From assembly GCF_009914755.1 (NCBI RefSeq), contig NC_060926.1: a DNA stretch of 64,000 nt. One strand, given 5' to 3'. Of the stretch, positions 29,151 to 47,836 are shown one piece after another. The translations under genes were made by a program, and so were the position numbers. The notes beneath the pieces were generated by a model, which saw nothing but the letters and a program-made list of their open reading frames with translations, searched no databases and was not told where the DNA came from. This DNA is from the human T2T-CHM13v2.0 reference genome, Homo sapiens. Numbering within the stretch: the first letter of the stretch is position 1; every line of letters begins with the position of its first letter.

Positions 29151-30374
29151 TATCTAATCAACTTCTCTAGAGAACAGTATTGAATGGGTGAAGAAGAACT
29201 GAAGAAATTTAAGTAAGTTTTATTCCTTCTCCAGTGGCAGTGATTGCAACCTTCCTGAGGCCCCAGAATAGAAGGGCTCACCAGCTATAGGAAACTTCAA
29301 TGTAGTCTGACTGCTGGAGACCCAGTTCTGGCAGTTCTTATCACCAAGGAGACAGGACAGTACTGCATCATTAGGGTGAGTGGGTAGAGAAGAATTCCTC
29401 CTAGTTAACTGGGAGAGCTGCGTCTATCAGCTTGTTGGTTTTGTCTTAAGTTAGCCATCTCTAAAAGCAGCTTCTCACAGGAGTCAGAATTTAGGTAGTT
29501 AAGGCAGTATCTCACAAGACTGGTATGGTTCGTCTTTGTACTAGGTAGACTGTTGTGGGCCTCACATTTTCTGTAACCGTCAGTAAGGTGGCAAGCGAAA
29601 CTCTCTCATCTCTGTTACAAATACTCACTGGTTGTCTCAAAACAATGTTGAGGGTATAAACAATATTTTCCAAAAAAAAATTACGGTTTTATTTTTCCAG
29701 TGTGAGATCTACTGAGTGTACTAATGTAAAGACTTGCCGGAAGTTTAATGATCATGGCCAAGAAAAGGAGGACGATGAGATTAGGAATTAGCACAAGAAT
29801 GAATCATGAAAAATTCAACAGTTTTGGGCAAAAACTCAGAAAGTTTTATCTGATACCTCTTGTCATTAACTTGTGTTTACAGCTGTTTGGTATTACTTTA
29901 TGCTGATTATTCTTAGAGCCAGAAAAAATCTGCATAGTACTCAACTCACTTAACATCATGAGAAGATAATCATCCCACATTGATGATAACTGATTACCCA
30001 TGCTTTTGATAGTTAGAAGACAAAAATTAACAAAAACAAAAAATATTCTTAAGCTAGGTAGCATGAATATGGGAATAGAAGGCAGGAGACCCAAAATATA
30101 GTTCTGGCTTTACTGTTGATGTTTTATGTAACCTTGAATAAGTCAGTTAGCAAACCCTTCATTTATAAATGTATGTATGTGTGAATTCATGTATTAGTTT
30201 ATGAAATATTTGAATGCCTATTTTGTACCTGGCACTATGCTAGATTCTGAGGATAAAACAGCGAGCCAGACAGACACAATCACTGTCTTCAGGAAACCTA
30301 TGGACTAGTTTCTTCATATGAAATATGAATAAATTTGATTAGGTGTGCCCTTTCCATTGAGGTTTATCCCCTAA

Positions 30375-30735
30375 AGCAGTGATTCTCAAAATTTTGGGTC
30401 TCAGGATTTGTTTATACTCTCAAAAACTATTTAGAATCCCCCAAATCTTTTTTTGTGTCAGTTATATCATTAATATTTAACACATATATATTAAAACAAA
30501 TTGTCATGTGCAGGCATATTCAAGCATGCATTTTATTTGCTGACAGAGTCATGATGTCTTCATACATTATGGGGCCTCTGGAAAACTATTGTACACATAA
30601 GAAAGAATGAGTGTGAGAAAGGCAAAAAACATCTTAGTATTATTATGAAAACAGTTTTTATTTCATAGACTCTCTGGAAGAGACTTGGGAAGCACCCCAG
30701 TGATCCCCAGACTGTACTTGGAGAACCATATGCCC
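30375..30735. mobile_element. hAT-Charlie (MER5-like) MITE
   Basis: Ends cagtgattctcaaa and ttggagaacca. Confidence 0.6.
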
Positions 30736-31279
30736 AAAGTAGTACTTTTTACACTACTTCAATTGAATACTTCCCCCTTTAACTTACAGTCCCCTCCTCC
30801 CAATACCTGTAGCGTTGCTTTTAATGAGACATCAAACATGGTAATTTTAAAACATTGTTTATTTAATAGTACATAATTATTACAAAAAGCAGAAATGTAA
30901 ATATTATTGTAATCACCAACTACAAACTTGCAGGCAATCTAGAGGTCATTTGCAAAATATTTGTCAGTTCTAGGGTATAGACTGAAATTAGTAGTCTTAA
31001 GGGATTTCTTGTAGATGGTCTTCAGAAGGTCTTGAGGTGACTGTATTCATACTCTGGCAATCCTCATAATAATGTCCTAGTTAATAAAATTGCTGCAATC
31101 CATTGTCCTTTAAGAGTAGAATTAATTCAGGAAAACTTCAAAATGCAATTTCTCCTCTCCCTCCTTCCCAAAATGGGAGCTCTAGTCTATTTATTATAGG
31201 CTTAAAATTTATCATAGAAAATAAAAATGAAGTTATAATTTGGCTTCCTCATTTTTTCTATTGAAAAAAAGATACTAGG

Positions 31280-31463
31280 GGCCAGGCACGGTGGCTCATG
31301 CCTGTATCACAGCACTTTGGGAGGCTGAGGCAGATTGGATCATTTGAGGTCAGAAGTTCGAGACCAGCTTGGCCAACATGGTGAAACACCATTTCTGCTA
31401 AAAATACAGAAATTAGCTGGGTGCGGTGGCGTGAGACAGAGCGAGACCCTCTCTAAAAAAACA
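31280..31463 (+). mobile_element. Alu with most of the right arm deleted
   Basis: Left arm intact; gcggtggcg is joined directly to tgagacagagcgagac plus A-tail. Confidence 0.9.
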
Positions 31464-31672
31464 AACTAGACTCAAAGACTTGCTGTTAAAATTGTATAGA
31501 TTGTCCCCTCCTCGATTATTACAATTCTTATATGTTTGTGTTTTAATGTTTCCTTACTTGTCCTCTAATCCCTACCCTTCCATCCCCCAAATAGACTATG
31601 AGCTATTTGAAGGCAGGGAATATTTTGCTCTTTTTTGTCCTTTCAGCTCTTGGTCTAGTACCTGGCACATAG

Positions 31673-31994
<322 letters not shown>

Positions 31995-32477
31995 AGAACA
32001 GTGTTTTTTAAATAATTAAACCACTAAATGAACAAACAACTCCTTAAATACCAGAAACTCCAACTTTTCAACTTCTCGGCAAGGTGTAGTTAGTGTATTT
32101 ATAGACTTTCTAAGTGAAAGGGTTTTTAGTTTGTTCTGACTGTAGTTCATAGCATTTCTGTTGACTCCCCTCTTCCTGAAACTGGCAGGAGAGATTAGTA
32201 TCACAGGTCCCTGTGTTCTTGACACTGCAGTAGTTCTCCAGTGGAGCACTGAGCACTTTGAGTATCCCAGTGCAGCTTTTGCATTTAATGATCTGGGCTT
32301 CCTAGATCTATGGCTTCTCACACCGTGTGGCTCTTAACAGGGACCATACTAGGGAGTTGCCATGCTGGCTATGACACCACTGCTTAAGGTGACTAGATCC
32401 CTTCCCCAACATAGGTTCATATTAAGTTTAATGAGTCTCAAAGGTAGCCAGAGGGTAGAAAAGAAGTCTCAAAAGGG

Positions 32478-32493
32478 GTGTGTGTGTGCATGC

Positions 32494-32557
<64 letters not shown>
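32478..32557. repeat. Compound (TG)n(AG)n microsatellite
   Basis: Seen directly. Confidence 0.97.
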
Positions 32558-32558
<1 letters not shown>

Positions 32559-34305
32559 CAAGGCAAAGACAGATCAATCTCCCAGTAGGGAGAAGTATGA
32601 ACTGAGCATAATAATAAATTTATTTTCATTATATTTGATGACCAGTTTTCTGCATGATGTTTTCACTTACTTTAGAACAAACACAGGTTTCCAGAACAGC
32701 TGACAATATAGATTGAATTGGCAAATAATTTGTCTTTAGTTTTAAAAATTTTTAAAGTTAATGTTTCTAGTAACCAACCACTCCCCAAGAGAAAAATCTT
32801 ACAATTAAATCTAAAAATAATAATTTTTTTGATTTAGATTTTTAAATGTATAGTTGTAAAACCATTTTTAGAAATCTTAACTCTCTTTACTCCATTGGTG
32901 GTTTGAAGGTAGTAATAGCCTTAGAAAAATTTAGTTCTTTCTTGGAGACTCATGTTTTATTTCCTTGGAATTGCCTAAAGCGTAGTTTTCCATAATTCAC
33001 AGAGGATTGGCTTTCAGAGAGTCATTCCATTTCCAAATTCTTTTGTAAATTCTTAGAAAGAAGTATTTTTAAAATATATTCATCTGTTCATTTATACATG
33101 TATTTGTTCATTAAACCCTTATTGTGCACCTGGTTTATGATAGGTACTATGCCAGGAATTGGACACAGAAAAAGATGATGCTGTTTTTGCCTAAGGGAAA
33201 TAAAAAACTTTAGGGCTATAGGATGTTAAGGTTATTCTATCCACTCTATTCATAAAGAGATGGAGAAACTGAGGCCCAGAGAGAGGTTATATGATTTAAA
33301 TTAGAATTAAATGAAGAACAGTTTATTTAATTTGCAAAGGCAATTTACAGTGAAATACTTTTGAAGCACCAAGTACTTCTTTAACTTCTTTATGTTGAAT
33401 TAAGAATTTTTTTAATGTTCTAAAATGAACAAATTAGGTCAGCGCTCAATTTCCTGGGTCAGTGCCACAGTGGTGCCCTTTGTTCTTGGACCCTATCCAT
33501 GGTTCCGGCTTGGCAACTGAAAGATTCAATGAGCTGTTTTTGGCAATTAGTATAGGAGTTTTAATGTCTACTGACTAAATGTACTTTTGAAGCCCATTTG
33601 CTCAGGTATTGGGGTCAGTGTTTTGTTATATAACATCATTACTTAACTCAAATTTCAATATTTTAAATTATATATCTATATTCTTGAAATTTAACATTAA
33701 AAAGTCAGTAGTTTCTAGTTATTTTAACCACAGAAAGTTACAAGGAGTTATATCTTTGAATTTCTAATTAGTTCAGAACTAGGTACAACCTTGACTTATA
33801 GTTTAAAAAAAAAAAAAACTTTCATTTAATTAGATTTAGCATGAACATTCTGGCCCCTGCTGGGAACTCTAAGAACTACATTACTTCTGCTGTCAATTTT
33901 TCTAAGGTCATAAGAACTTCAGTTTAAACCTTGAGTTCAGCGAGTTCAGTGTGATATATTTTCCCTCTCTCTCCCCCCCCCCTTTTTTTTTGGTAACCTG
34001 CAGAATCTGGCTGAATAAAATATGTAAGTAAGACATTACTATGATTAAGACCCAAAATCTATGTTAAATATTGGATATTTTTAGATGACACATGAATTTA
34101 AGTCCCCAGTAATACAACAAATTTTTCTGGAAATCTAATATATTTTTTAAAAATCTCCATTCAAACTCAGAGGAGAAATCTGATGGGAAGAACTGGTAAA
34201 ATTCAAATACTTGATAAAGTATGGTATAGTAAGGACCCTTTACTTAGATTTTCATCAAATACTTATGAACACCCACTATTTGGTTGTGGGTAAGCATTGA
34301 ATGTA

Positions 34306-34930
34306 CAGTCATGCACTGCGTAACAATCTCAGCAGACCACATAGATGAGGGGGGTCCCAGAAGATTATAACGGAGCTGAAACATTACTACGGCTTAGTGA
34401 TGTCTTGATGATCCCAACTGAGTGTGGGCCTAGGCTAGTGTGTGTGTTTGTGTCTTAGTTTTTAACAAAAACATTTAAAAACCTTTTTTAAAAAGCTTAT
34501 AAAACAAGGATATAAAGAAAGTAGGCTGGACATGGTGGCTCACACCTGTAATCCCAGTGCTTTGAGAGACCGAGGCAGGAGGATTGCTTGAGGCCAGGAG
34601 TTCAAGACCAGTTTGGGCAGTATAATGAGACCCCATCTCTACAAAAAATAAAAGTGAAAAATTTAGCTTGTTGTAGTGCCACACACTTGTAGTTCTAGCT
34701 ATTCGTTTTTTATCTTTTATACCATATTTTTTACTGTACCTTTTCTATATTATATGTTTAGATATACAAATGCCATTGTGTTACTATTGCCTGTGGTATA
34801 ATATAGTACAGTAACATGCAGTAGTGGTTTGTAGCCAAGGAGCAATAGGCTATACTATGCAGCCTACCTATGCAGTAGATTATACCATCTGGGTTTGTGT
34901 AAGTACATTCTATGATGTTCACACAACAGT
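34306..34930 (+). mobile_element. Tigger3/MER7-like element interrupted by a truncated AluJ-like element (34524-34702)
   Basis: Starts cagtcatgcactgcgtaac...aagattataacggagctgaaa; later gtagcc.aggagcaataggctatac...gtaagtaca.tctatgatgttc.cacaac. Confidence 0.8.
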
Positions 34931-35099
34931 GAAAATGTCATGTTAAATATGATGTTCATACAACAATGAATTGTGTGCTTCATAAATATTAAATATGAAA
35001 ATGTGTCAATAATAATACCAGTAATATCTAACAATATTGATATCATTAATATTAATTTGTATTATAAATCTTTGTAAAATTAAAAATTTCTAAATTAAA

Positions 35100-36680
35100 C
35101 TTTTATAAAGTGAACGATGGGTTTATAATGTACACAAGATGGAGATGTAGAACAAAATGATTAAGAAACTAGAAAGAAAAAAGTCAGAAAAGATATACCA
35201 GACAAATGCTAACAAAAAAAAACTGGAGTCATGATATTAGTCACAGGTTTGAATTTAAGACAGAAAGTAAAAACAAGACAAGGAAATTTTATGATGGTAG
35301 AGGAAACACTCCACAGAGAAGATATACCTTTCATAAATCTTAAAGCATGGAACGATTTAATAAAAATACATAAAGAAAAACTGCAGAACTGCAAGGAGAA
35401 AGGGTAAGAAACAAAGCAGTAGTAGCAATGCAGCCATAAAAAAGAACGAAATCATGTTCTTTGCTGCAACATGGATGCAGCTGGAGGCCATTATCCTAAG
35501 CTAATTAATGCAAGTACAGAAAAACAAATACTGCATGTTCTTACTTATAAGTGACAGCTAAACGTTGGGTAGTCATGAGCATAAAGATAGCAAAATAGAC
35601 ACTGGGGAGCACTGGAGGGAGGAAGCTAGGGGAAGGGAAACAAGGGTTGAAAAACTAACTGTAGGGTACTAAGCTCACTACCTGGATGATGGGACCAATC
35701 ATACCCCAAAACCTCAGCATCACACAATATACCCAGGTAACAAACCTGCACCCCCGAATCTAAAATAAAAGTTGAAATAAAAAAAATAATAGTAGTAGCA
35801 GACTTTAATTCACTTCATGGATCAAACAGTTGAAAATTAGTAAGGATATAAAGTATTTGAACAATTAAGTCAATGAGGTTGATGAAAAAAATTTGTAGTG
35901 AATGCTATATCCTGACAATGAAAAATCAATCTTATTTTTTAAAGCCCATGAAACATTTACTAAATTGACAAATATTGTAATAAATGTCCCAAATTAGAAA
36001 TAATCCAGACCATATTCTCTGATCACAGTATAATTAAACAAAAATGAATAGTCAAAATAAAAAATCAACATCTCTTCTTCTACTTGGAAATATAAAAATT
36101 GTTTAAAACAACTTTTGGTACAAAGAGGAAACAAGTGTTATCACAGAATGTGTACAAAATAACAGCTAAAACGTTACATACCAAAACTTATAGGAAACAA
36201 CTGCTGTGTTTAGCAGATATTCATAGCTTCAAATATGTATTGCTAAACAAGAAAGTATGAAAATCACACACTCTTTAACTTAAAAAGTTAGAAAATGAAC
36301 CATAAAATAGGCTACAAATTAAAGTGACAGCTAAAACAAAACTAAAAAGATAAAACCATAAATTGAGTCAGAAACAGCAAAGTAATCGAATTGATAATAT
36401 AAATTTATAACTTTTTTAAAGAGAAAAAACACACTAGCTTAATTTATCAATATAAAGAATGCACAAATACTGTAAATTCAGAGGGAGAAAGATAAATGGT
36501 TTACAGACAGAGAATTAAAAGAGTATACTGCAAAAGTATTATGGAAATAAATTTGAAGACCTGGAAGACCTGTATGAAATGAACATATATAGATTTTCCA
36601 GAAAAAAACACAACCAGGAAGAAAGTGGAATACTCTGAAAAGTGCCAGTCTATAGATGATTCTTCCAAATCCTCAATGGA
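35100..36680 (+). mobile_element. Ancient L1M ORF2 remnant with nested younger L1P 3' fragment (35428-35790)
   Basis: Decayed endonuclease-region sequence (catattctctgatcacagtataattaaac). The nested piece is flanked by TSD agtagtagca at 35418-35427 and 35791-35800. Confidence 0.75.
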
Positions 36681-37127
36681 CAGGTAATGTAGAACAGTAT
36701 TTTTCAAAACAGTGTTTAGATATAAGCATTTTTTACAAAATAGAGTAAGAATAGAATAGAGTGCATGCTCAGAGTAAAGGGCAAATAGAATTATGGGAAA
36801 CTTTTTTATCAGTGTATATACCAGGTCTCCTTTTGAAGTTGTGTTATTTACTGTGGGTCGCAATCAAAATATTAATACTCTAAAAGCCACCCTTCTAGAA
36901 TTAAAATAATTAATAAAAATAAATATAGAAATAAATCTGAAGGCCTGTGTGAAGCCCAGAGAAAAATTTTAGCTACCATACAATACTGAGTCCTCCTATT
37001 CAAGAAAAGGGTGTGTCTTTCCATTTATTATTTGAGATTTAATATTTTCTTTATATTATAGGACCAGTGTTTCTTTACCCTGGTTGTACATTACAATCAC
37101 TTAGTTAAAAAAAAAACTGCAGATATC

Positions 37128-37418
37128 GGCCGGGTGCGGTGGCTCACGCCTGTAATCCCAGCACTTTGGGAGGCCAAGGTGATGGATCACCTGAGGTCAG
37201 GAGTTTGAGACCAGCCTGGCTAACATGGTGAAACCCCATCTCTACTAAAAACACAAAAATTAGCCGGGTGTGGTGAGACGTGCCTGTAGTCCCAGCTACT
37301 CAGGAGGCTGAATCGCTTGAACCTGGGAGGCGGAGGTTACAGTGAGCCGAGATTGTGCCACTGCACTTCAGCCTGGATGACAGAGTGAGATTCCGTCTCA
37401 GAAAAAAAAAAAAAAAAA
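37128..37418 (+). mobile_element. Alu (S-type) inserted in a MER5-like remnant
   Basis: Full dimer with A-tail; TSD-like tgcaga(a)tatc. Confidence 0.96.
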
Positions 37419-37727
37419 TTGCAGAATATCTAGGCTCCATCACCAAAGATTTAGTCTGGTGTGGAGCACAGGCATTGTGTATTAAGAGCTTAACCCCAAA
37501 TAAACCAAACCAAATTTAAAATGCCTTTCTCTTTATTTTATAAATGCAACGTACTTTCCAATTCAAACATCAATACATTTTTAAATATAAATATTTCAGA
37601 ATAGCTAGGTAAATTTTTATAAGGAAAAGAAATGAGAGGGGAATATCACTAATGGATATGAAAACATTTTAAGGTGAAATAATTTAAAATGCACAGTTTT
37701 GAAAGAAGAATTTAAAAATAGAGAAAA

Positions 37728-38020
37728 GGCCAGGTGCGGTGGCTTCACACCTGTAATCCCAGCACTTTGGGAAGCTGAGGCGGGTGGACCATGAGGTCAA
37801 GAGATCAAGACCATCCTGGCCAACATGGTGAAACCCCGTCTCTACTAAAAATACAAAAATTAGCTGGGCGTGGTGGCGCGTGCCTCTAGTCCCAGCTGCT
37901 CAGGAGGCTGAAGCAGGAGATTCGCTTAAACCCGGGAGTTGGAAGTTGCAGTGAGCTGAGATATCACACCACTGCACTCCAGCCTGGCAACAGAGAAAGA
38001 CTTTGTCTCAAAAAAAAAAA
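37728..38020 (+). mobile_element. Alu (AluSc-like)
   Basis: Full dimer; gaggtcaagagatcaagaccatcc diagnostic; TSD agagaaaa. Confidence 0.96.
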
Positions 38021-38479
38021 GAGAGAAAAGGAGTGCAAAAGTAGATCAAATCATATAGGAAAACTACAGAAGAGATAAAAGTGTCATTTTAACTTCGGCC
38101 GTTAAGTAGATGGACTATATAATAAATGGTATTGGGACAGAAAACTAGCCATGTGGATCCCTGACCACTAAACCGTAAGCTCCATGAAAGCAGGGACAAT
38201 TTTATATTTATCAAAATTTAAATCTCAAAAATGAAACCAGAAAAGTATGAGAAGAAAATGTGAGTATCATACACTATGATGTAAATGTTGGTGTCAAACA
38301 TTCTTAAGCATGTAAATGTGCCAGAATTTGTTTGAGGTTCTTTGCCGTGATGAATTTAAAATTAGCTAGGCGTGTTTACCAAGCTTTTCTACTATAGCTT
38401 GGTAAATGTATTTAGATAAAAAATTTAAATTCCAACATGGCAAAGAAAACTTCTAAGTCACACACAATACAAAATATTT

Positions 38480-41765
<3,286 letters not shown>

Positions 41766-42885
41766 TTAGAATGCAAACATAGCAGAAGGGTGGAAATAAA
41801 GCACTTATGATAAGAAAAAAATGGCTTTCTTCTTACCTTTAGCCCAGAACCCTTAAAAATAAGAAGGTTAAAAACCCAATGGAAAAATGGCAAAAAGAAA
41901 TATATATTTCTGATAAGCCTCTGAAAAGATGTTCAACCTCACTCATAATTAAATAAGAACAAAAATTAAAAGATCAGTGAAATACCATTTCTCATTCAAA
42001 ATCAGGATAAGCATGAGAAAATAACCCCTTCTTTCCCTCTTGGTGGGAGTATAAATTTTACTTTTTATCCATTTTGCAGGACAATCTGGCACTATCTTTT
42101 AAATTTTTAAATATGCCGTTGCATTTGACCCAGCAATTCTATCTTTTAGGATTTTACCCTCTGATCAACTTGCATAAACTCTCAAAGATATTTGTAAAGC
42201 ATGTAATGTTTCAAGTTGGGAACAAAATATATGTACAACTATTAGAAATTAAATAAGTTATAGTATCTCCAGCTAAATCTATATGTACTGACATAGAAAG
42301 GTAAATATCAAATACAAGTAGAAAGGAAAATTTTAGAATCCATTTTATAACTATGAAAAAAAACATTTCATTTATTATATGTATGCTTTTTCCATAGATA
42401 TTTCATCCAGCTCTCTGACTTTTAACATTAATTTTCTGCTGATCTGCTCCAGACTCATATTCAACAGTCTATTTTACACCCCTTTTGGGTAGTTAATAGG
42501 AATTTTCAACTTAACATGTCCAAGGCAGAACTCTTGATTTATCAACACTACCCTCCCCACCCAATCTTCTCTATTTCAGTAAATTGTGCCACAGTTCAAC
42601 CAGTTGCTTGCTCATGTCAGACATCTGAGAGTCAAGAAATTTTTCTCACTAAACTTCCTGCTCCACACCATTTAGTGGAAACAGAGGAATCAGAAAGCTA
42701 GAAGGTTAAAAAAGTGTGGTCTAGTGTGGGCCACCAAACCCACAAGTATCATAAGTAACTACCACTTTTTTAGCTGGCAATGAATTTGTCACTGTCTCAA
42801 GCACTTCATATACATTATGTCATTTTATCTTCACAAAACTCTGTGAGTGTTCTCTCCCCATTTTATATTTGAGTTAACGATTTTG

Positions 42886-43284
<399 letters not shown>

Positions 43285-44366
43285 TCATCCTTCTCTTTCT
43301 TGTTGTAGCCTATTGGACCTGCCAGCTGTTGGTGACCAGGTGAAATAGATATCCTGAGCACACCTGTTTGATTCCAAGGTAGGTGCTAGTGGCAACATAT
43401 TACGTATTTCTTGTGAGGTGCTGATTCTCACAGCTGGTCTGTGCAGATATTATAGAATTCATTCTTCCTCGGTTATATAGAAACTCCCTTTCTTTCTCAG
43501 TTATATAAAAATTAGCTGGCTTTTTGTCTAGAAGGATGTAGTTTTTTAAATAAATATATTCAGTGTGACAGTTAGCAAAATCGCAAGACTGTTTTACAAA
43601 TTAATTTCATCATGTTTGTGCTATATACCATTCACACAAAAAAATTAATAAAGACACAATGCCCCTGATGACCTCATATTCCAGTGGGGGAGACAGACTT
43701 GTAAACAGATATGTTAACATAGAAGGTGGTAAGTGCTCTTCTGAAGATTGAGCAAAGAGCTGTCAGTGCAAAAGCACAGAGGACTTTGTTGGAGGGAGTC
43801 AAGGTTTAACAGAATAGGTGACATTTGAGCTGGATCTTGAAGGATGGGCAGGAGTTTGCCAGGTGAATGAGGTGATCTCTATATAAAGTGCCTAGTAAAG
43901 GGTCAGGCACTTGGTAAGACCCAATAAATGTTCACATCTAGTTCCAGCTAAAGAAGTGTTCCAGGCAAAGGACATAGGTCAGTTCAATTCAAGGAACATT
44001 TATTGAGTACTTTGTATATGTCAGGCATTGGTCCAGGTTCTTTGGCCTTATGTGCCAGGCACATCTTGTGAAGATAGAGAATTATACAAGGGTCTGGTGT
44101 GAGCCATATTCAGATCAACTATTTATAGATTTTGTTGTCAGAATGGAGCAGGGATGTTTTAACACTGCTGACACAATGCATCTTGATTACAAACCTCTAC
44201 TACTACAGCATTGAAGCACTGAGATGTAAGTAGCTAATGACTGTACAAGATTCCATTTCATGAAGGCAGTGATGACAATCTAGCCTGGCTTCCCCCTGTG
44301 TTCTGGGTCACTTTGATCTTCACTAGGGGATCAGGTTCAGGCAACAGCTCTTCCTAACAACACAGA

Positions 44367-45030
44367 TGTAAAGGAAACTAAAACTATTTTACTCCAAAAT
44401 ATACTTAAAAAACGTATTTTAAGATGGATACTGAGAGGGTCTGCAGAAAGGAATGGCCCTGCAAGGTTGTCTTTTGGTGGAGGAGATTTGTATTTGTAAA
44501 GAAAATGTTCATCAGTGAAATCAACAGCCATGCTTTCTCTGAGCCAACCCCCATCCCCCCATCCTCCCATCCCCCCATCCCCTGCCACAACTCCTTCCCT
44601 GGATCTAGGAAAGATTAACTCAAGCACAAGCTACCATCTATTTTTTCTGAGGGCATCCCTGACATTACCTGAGATATTTTCATCTGCATTACAAGACCTC
44701 CTTTAACCCATGCCTTTCCTCTCCTCTCCCTCCCATACCCTGTGACTCCATGTCCGCCAGAGCCCAGAGGAACTTAGTTCCAGAGAATTGTTTTGTGGGC
44801 TCATTCTTTTCCCCTGAAAATTATTTACTCCTAACCCGCATCTTACCTCTCCCCAGTGAGGCAAATATTTAAGCATTAACCATCTTGCCTTTTTTGACTT
44901 TTTCATATTTTGCATGACTCCTGTGCATACATGAGCATGTTAGTCAATTTGCATGCCTTTTTTCTGTTATTCTATTAGTTTGTTTTATAGACTTAAATTA
45001 TTAAACCCTTGGGGGAAAAATTTAAACTCC
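44367..45030 (+). mobile_element. Solo ERV1 (MER4-group-like) LTR
   Basis: Starts TGtaaaggaaactaaaactattttactccaaaatatac, with LTR-like content; right end uncertain. Confidence 0.55.
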
Positions 45031-45162
45031 CCTATAGATGGAAGGGCGAGATGCCTGCATTTCCCTTCCAGCTCACTAACTCAGTGGGTTCCACTTGCCC
45101 TCTCCTCAGTAAGTCTCTTCATTATATCCAGCCACCAAATCTTGAAGCTTTATTCTATGGTA

Positions 45163-45815
45163 TAGTAGGTAAAAATAAAAATGAAATCCTAAGCACCCCC
45201 CATTCCACAACTGACTTAACAGAACCACCTCTTTCGGCCAAGGGGACCCCAGAGAAACTTTGAAAACTGAGTTCCCAGCCATGATGGGATGGGCTTTCTC
45301 CCCTAGGGGCTAAATAGAAACCAGCCCTTTCTGAAGACTCTACCACTGATACAGCTATCCACCTGACATTTTCCCTCCTTTTTACCTGGTAAGAGACCAC
45401 TGAGTATGGAGTGGTTCTGGCCAGTCTGTGGAGTATGCACAGTGAGGGTTTTTGTGCCCTCTACTTTACCTTTTGATGCCAGAGGGCTGAAAACTCCACC
45501 CTTGGATCATGCCGACAGCCATTTTTCTAACATGGATCCCATGAAGAGGCATGAAGTTCATGTGGGCATGCATATGTTTCTCCTTTCATAAATATTCATG
45601 ACTTTTCCTATAGCTTATTGAATATGCACATTTGGCCACCCCATTCAGCATAAATTCCTGTCTTACTCTTCTGACCCTTGAAGTATCTGTTTCTGGCTTC
45701 TGGCCAGAGGCCATGCTTCCCAGCCTGTCAGGATGGCCACCTGCAGGCTACAACCCTTTATGTGAAATAAAGCTCTCCTTTCCAAATTTCTGAATCTCAT
45801 CATTCTTCAGTTGAT
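45163..45815 (+). mobile_element. Solo ERV1 (MER4-group-like) LTR
   Basis: ggccaaggggaccccagagaaac...cataaa box...AATAAA at 45766...cttcagttga. Confidence 0.65.
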
Positions 45816-46451
45816 ATAGTTAATAGTATAGGATAAATAGAATTTATTCTGTTATATACATTTATTACACTAAACACAGAACCTATACATGCCCACATCT
45901 AAAACAGAACATTTCTAAATATAAGGAATATTCTATGACTGTTTTCACGGGCAGTTTTACTAGTACAGCTGGATTGCAAACAATAGAAGTAATGTGCTAG
46001 ATGTTTTACAAATGTTATTTCATTTAATTCTCATAGCAATTCTTTAAAATAGGAATTATTCTAACCATTATACAAATTAGGAAGCTAAGGCACAGAACGT
46101 TTAACTTATCAAAGACTAAACATGGTAGAAATGGGATTTGGAGCCAGGTATATCCAATTCTAAACCCACTTTCTCTCCACTATAGCAGTTTTCCAGTATT
46201 AATGCTACCATTTATTGTGTTTCTACTTGTTCCAAATGTAATGTGAGATGCTCAAATACATTCTCCCTGATCCTTATAAAACTTAACACTTTTTAAATTG
46301 ACAAGTAAAAATTGTATATATTTATGGTAGACAACATGATGTTTTGATATATGCATACATTATGGAATGGCTAAACCAGGCTATTTAACATATGTATTAT
46401 CTCACATATTTATTTTTTGTGCATGGTGAAACACTTAAAATCTACTCTCTT

Positions 46452-46731
46452 GGCAGGGTGCGGTGGCACACCCCTGTAATCCCAGCACTTTGGGAGGCCA
46501 AGGCGGGTGGATCACTTGAGCTCAGGAGTTTGAGACAAGCCTGGGCAATATGGCAAAACCCCGTCTCTACTAAAAATACAAAAATTAGCCAGGTGTGGTG
46601 GTGTGCACCTGTAGTCCCAACTATTTGGGAGGCTGAAGTGGGAGGATCGATGCCTGGGAGGTGGAGGCTGCAGTGAGCCGAGATTGTGCTACTCTCCAAG
46701 CTGGGCGACAGAGATCCTGTCTCAAAATAAA
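46452..46731 (+). mobile_element. Alu (J-type) inserted in an L1MA 3' fragment (46290-46450, minus strand)
   Basis: AluJ-like diagnostics. TSD aaaatc(t/c)actctctt at 46437-46451 and 46738-46752. Confidence 0.93.
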
Positions 46732-46751
46732 ATTTTAAAAATCCACTCTCT

Positions 46752-47224
46752 TGTCAACCTAAAGGAAGAAGCTGAGGCACTAAATATAATTTTAATGAGT
46801 TTACTTGAGCCAAGATGAGGACAGCTGCCCAGAAGACTCAGACCTGATAACCTTGTATAAGAGTTCCATTTGACCTTTGTGAAAAGTAGGTTTTTATAGG
46901 CAAAAAAGGAAGACGGTGGGCTGATACAAAGTTGTTTTTCAGGAATTCCCATTGGTTTACAGAAATGACATTGATTAGTGATTAGCTATACATTGTTGAA
47001 CTCTAGGGCGTGAGTTATGGTGTCCATCATGCAACATTGTTAGGTTAACTTACAGCTATTTGCAGCGACAGTCAGTCTAGAGTCCACATAGCAAGAAGCT
47101 TCAAGAGGTGATGAGCTCAAGCAGGGAAAGTGGGATGTCACTGCTGCCTTACTCCCATGCCTCTTTGGGCCTGATAATTTAGAGGAGGCTTACATTCCTC
47201 AGAGAAGGTTTCTTTTCTTTCTCA
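46752..47224 (-). mobile_element. Solo ERV1 LTR
   Basis: TGtcaacctaaagg...tttctCA termini; the end resembles the reverse complement of the LTR end at 12080-12109. Confidence 0.65.
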
Positions 47225-47423
47225 CTCTTAAAACAATTAAGTACCTTGCTTGTTGAAGTCACACAGCGAGCAAGTTACGGATCTTGACTTCAAGCCTAGG
47301 TTTGAGACTCCGAAGCCTATTTTCTTTATAATATATTATACCAGAGCTTCTGAACCTTGGGCATACATTAGAGTCAAATGGTTAAATTTGCACAAAGCCC
47401 TACCCCCAGAGAGTCTAATTTAA

Positions 47424-47836
<413 letters not shown>

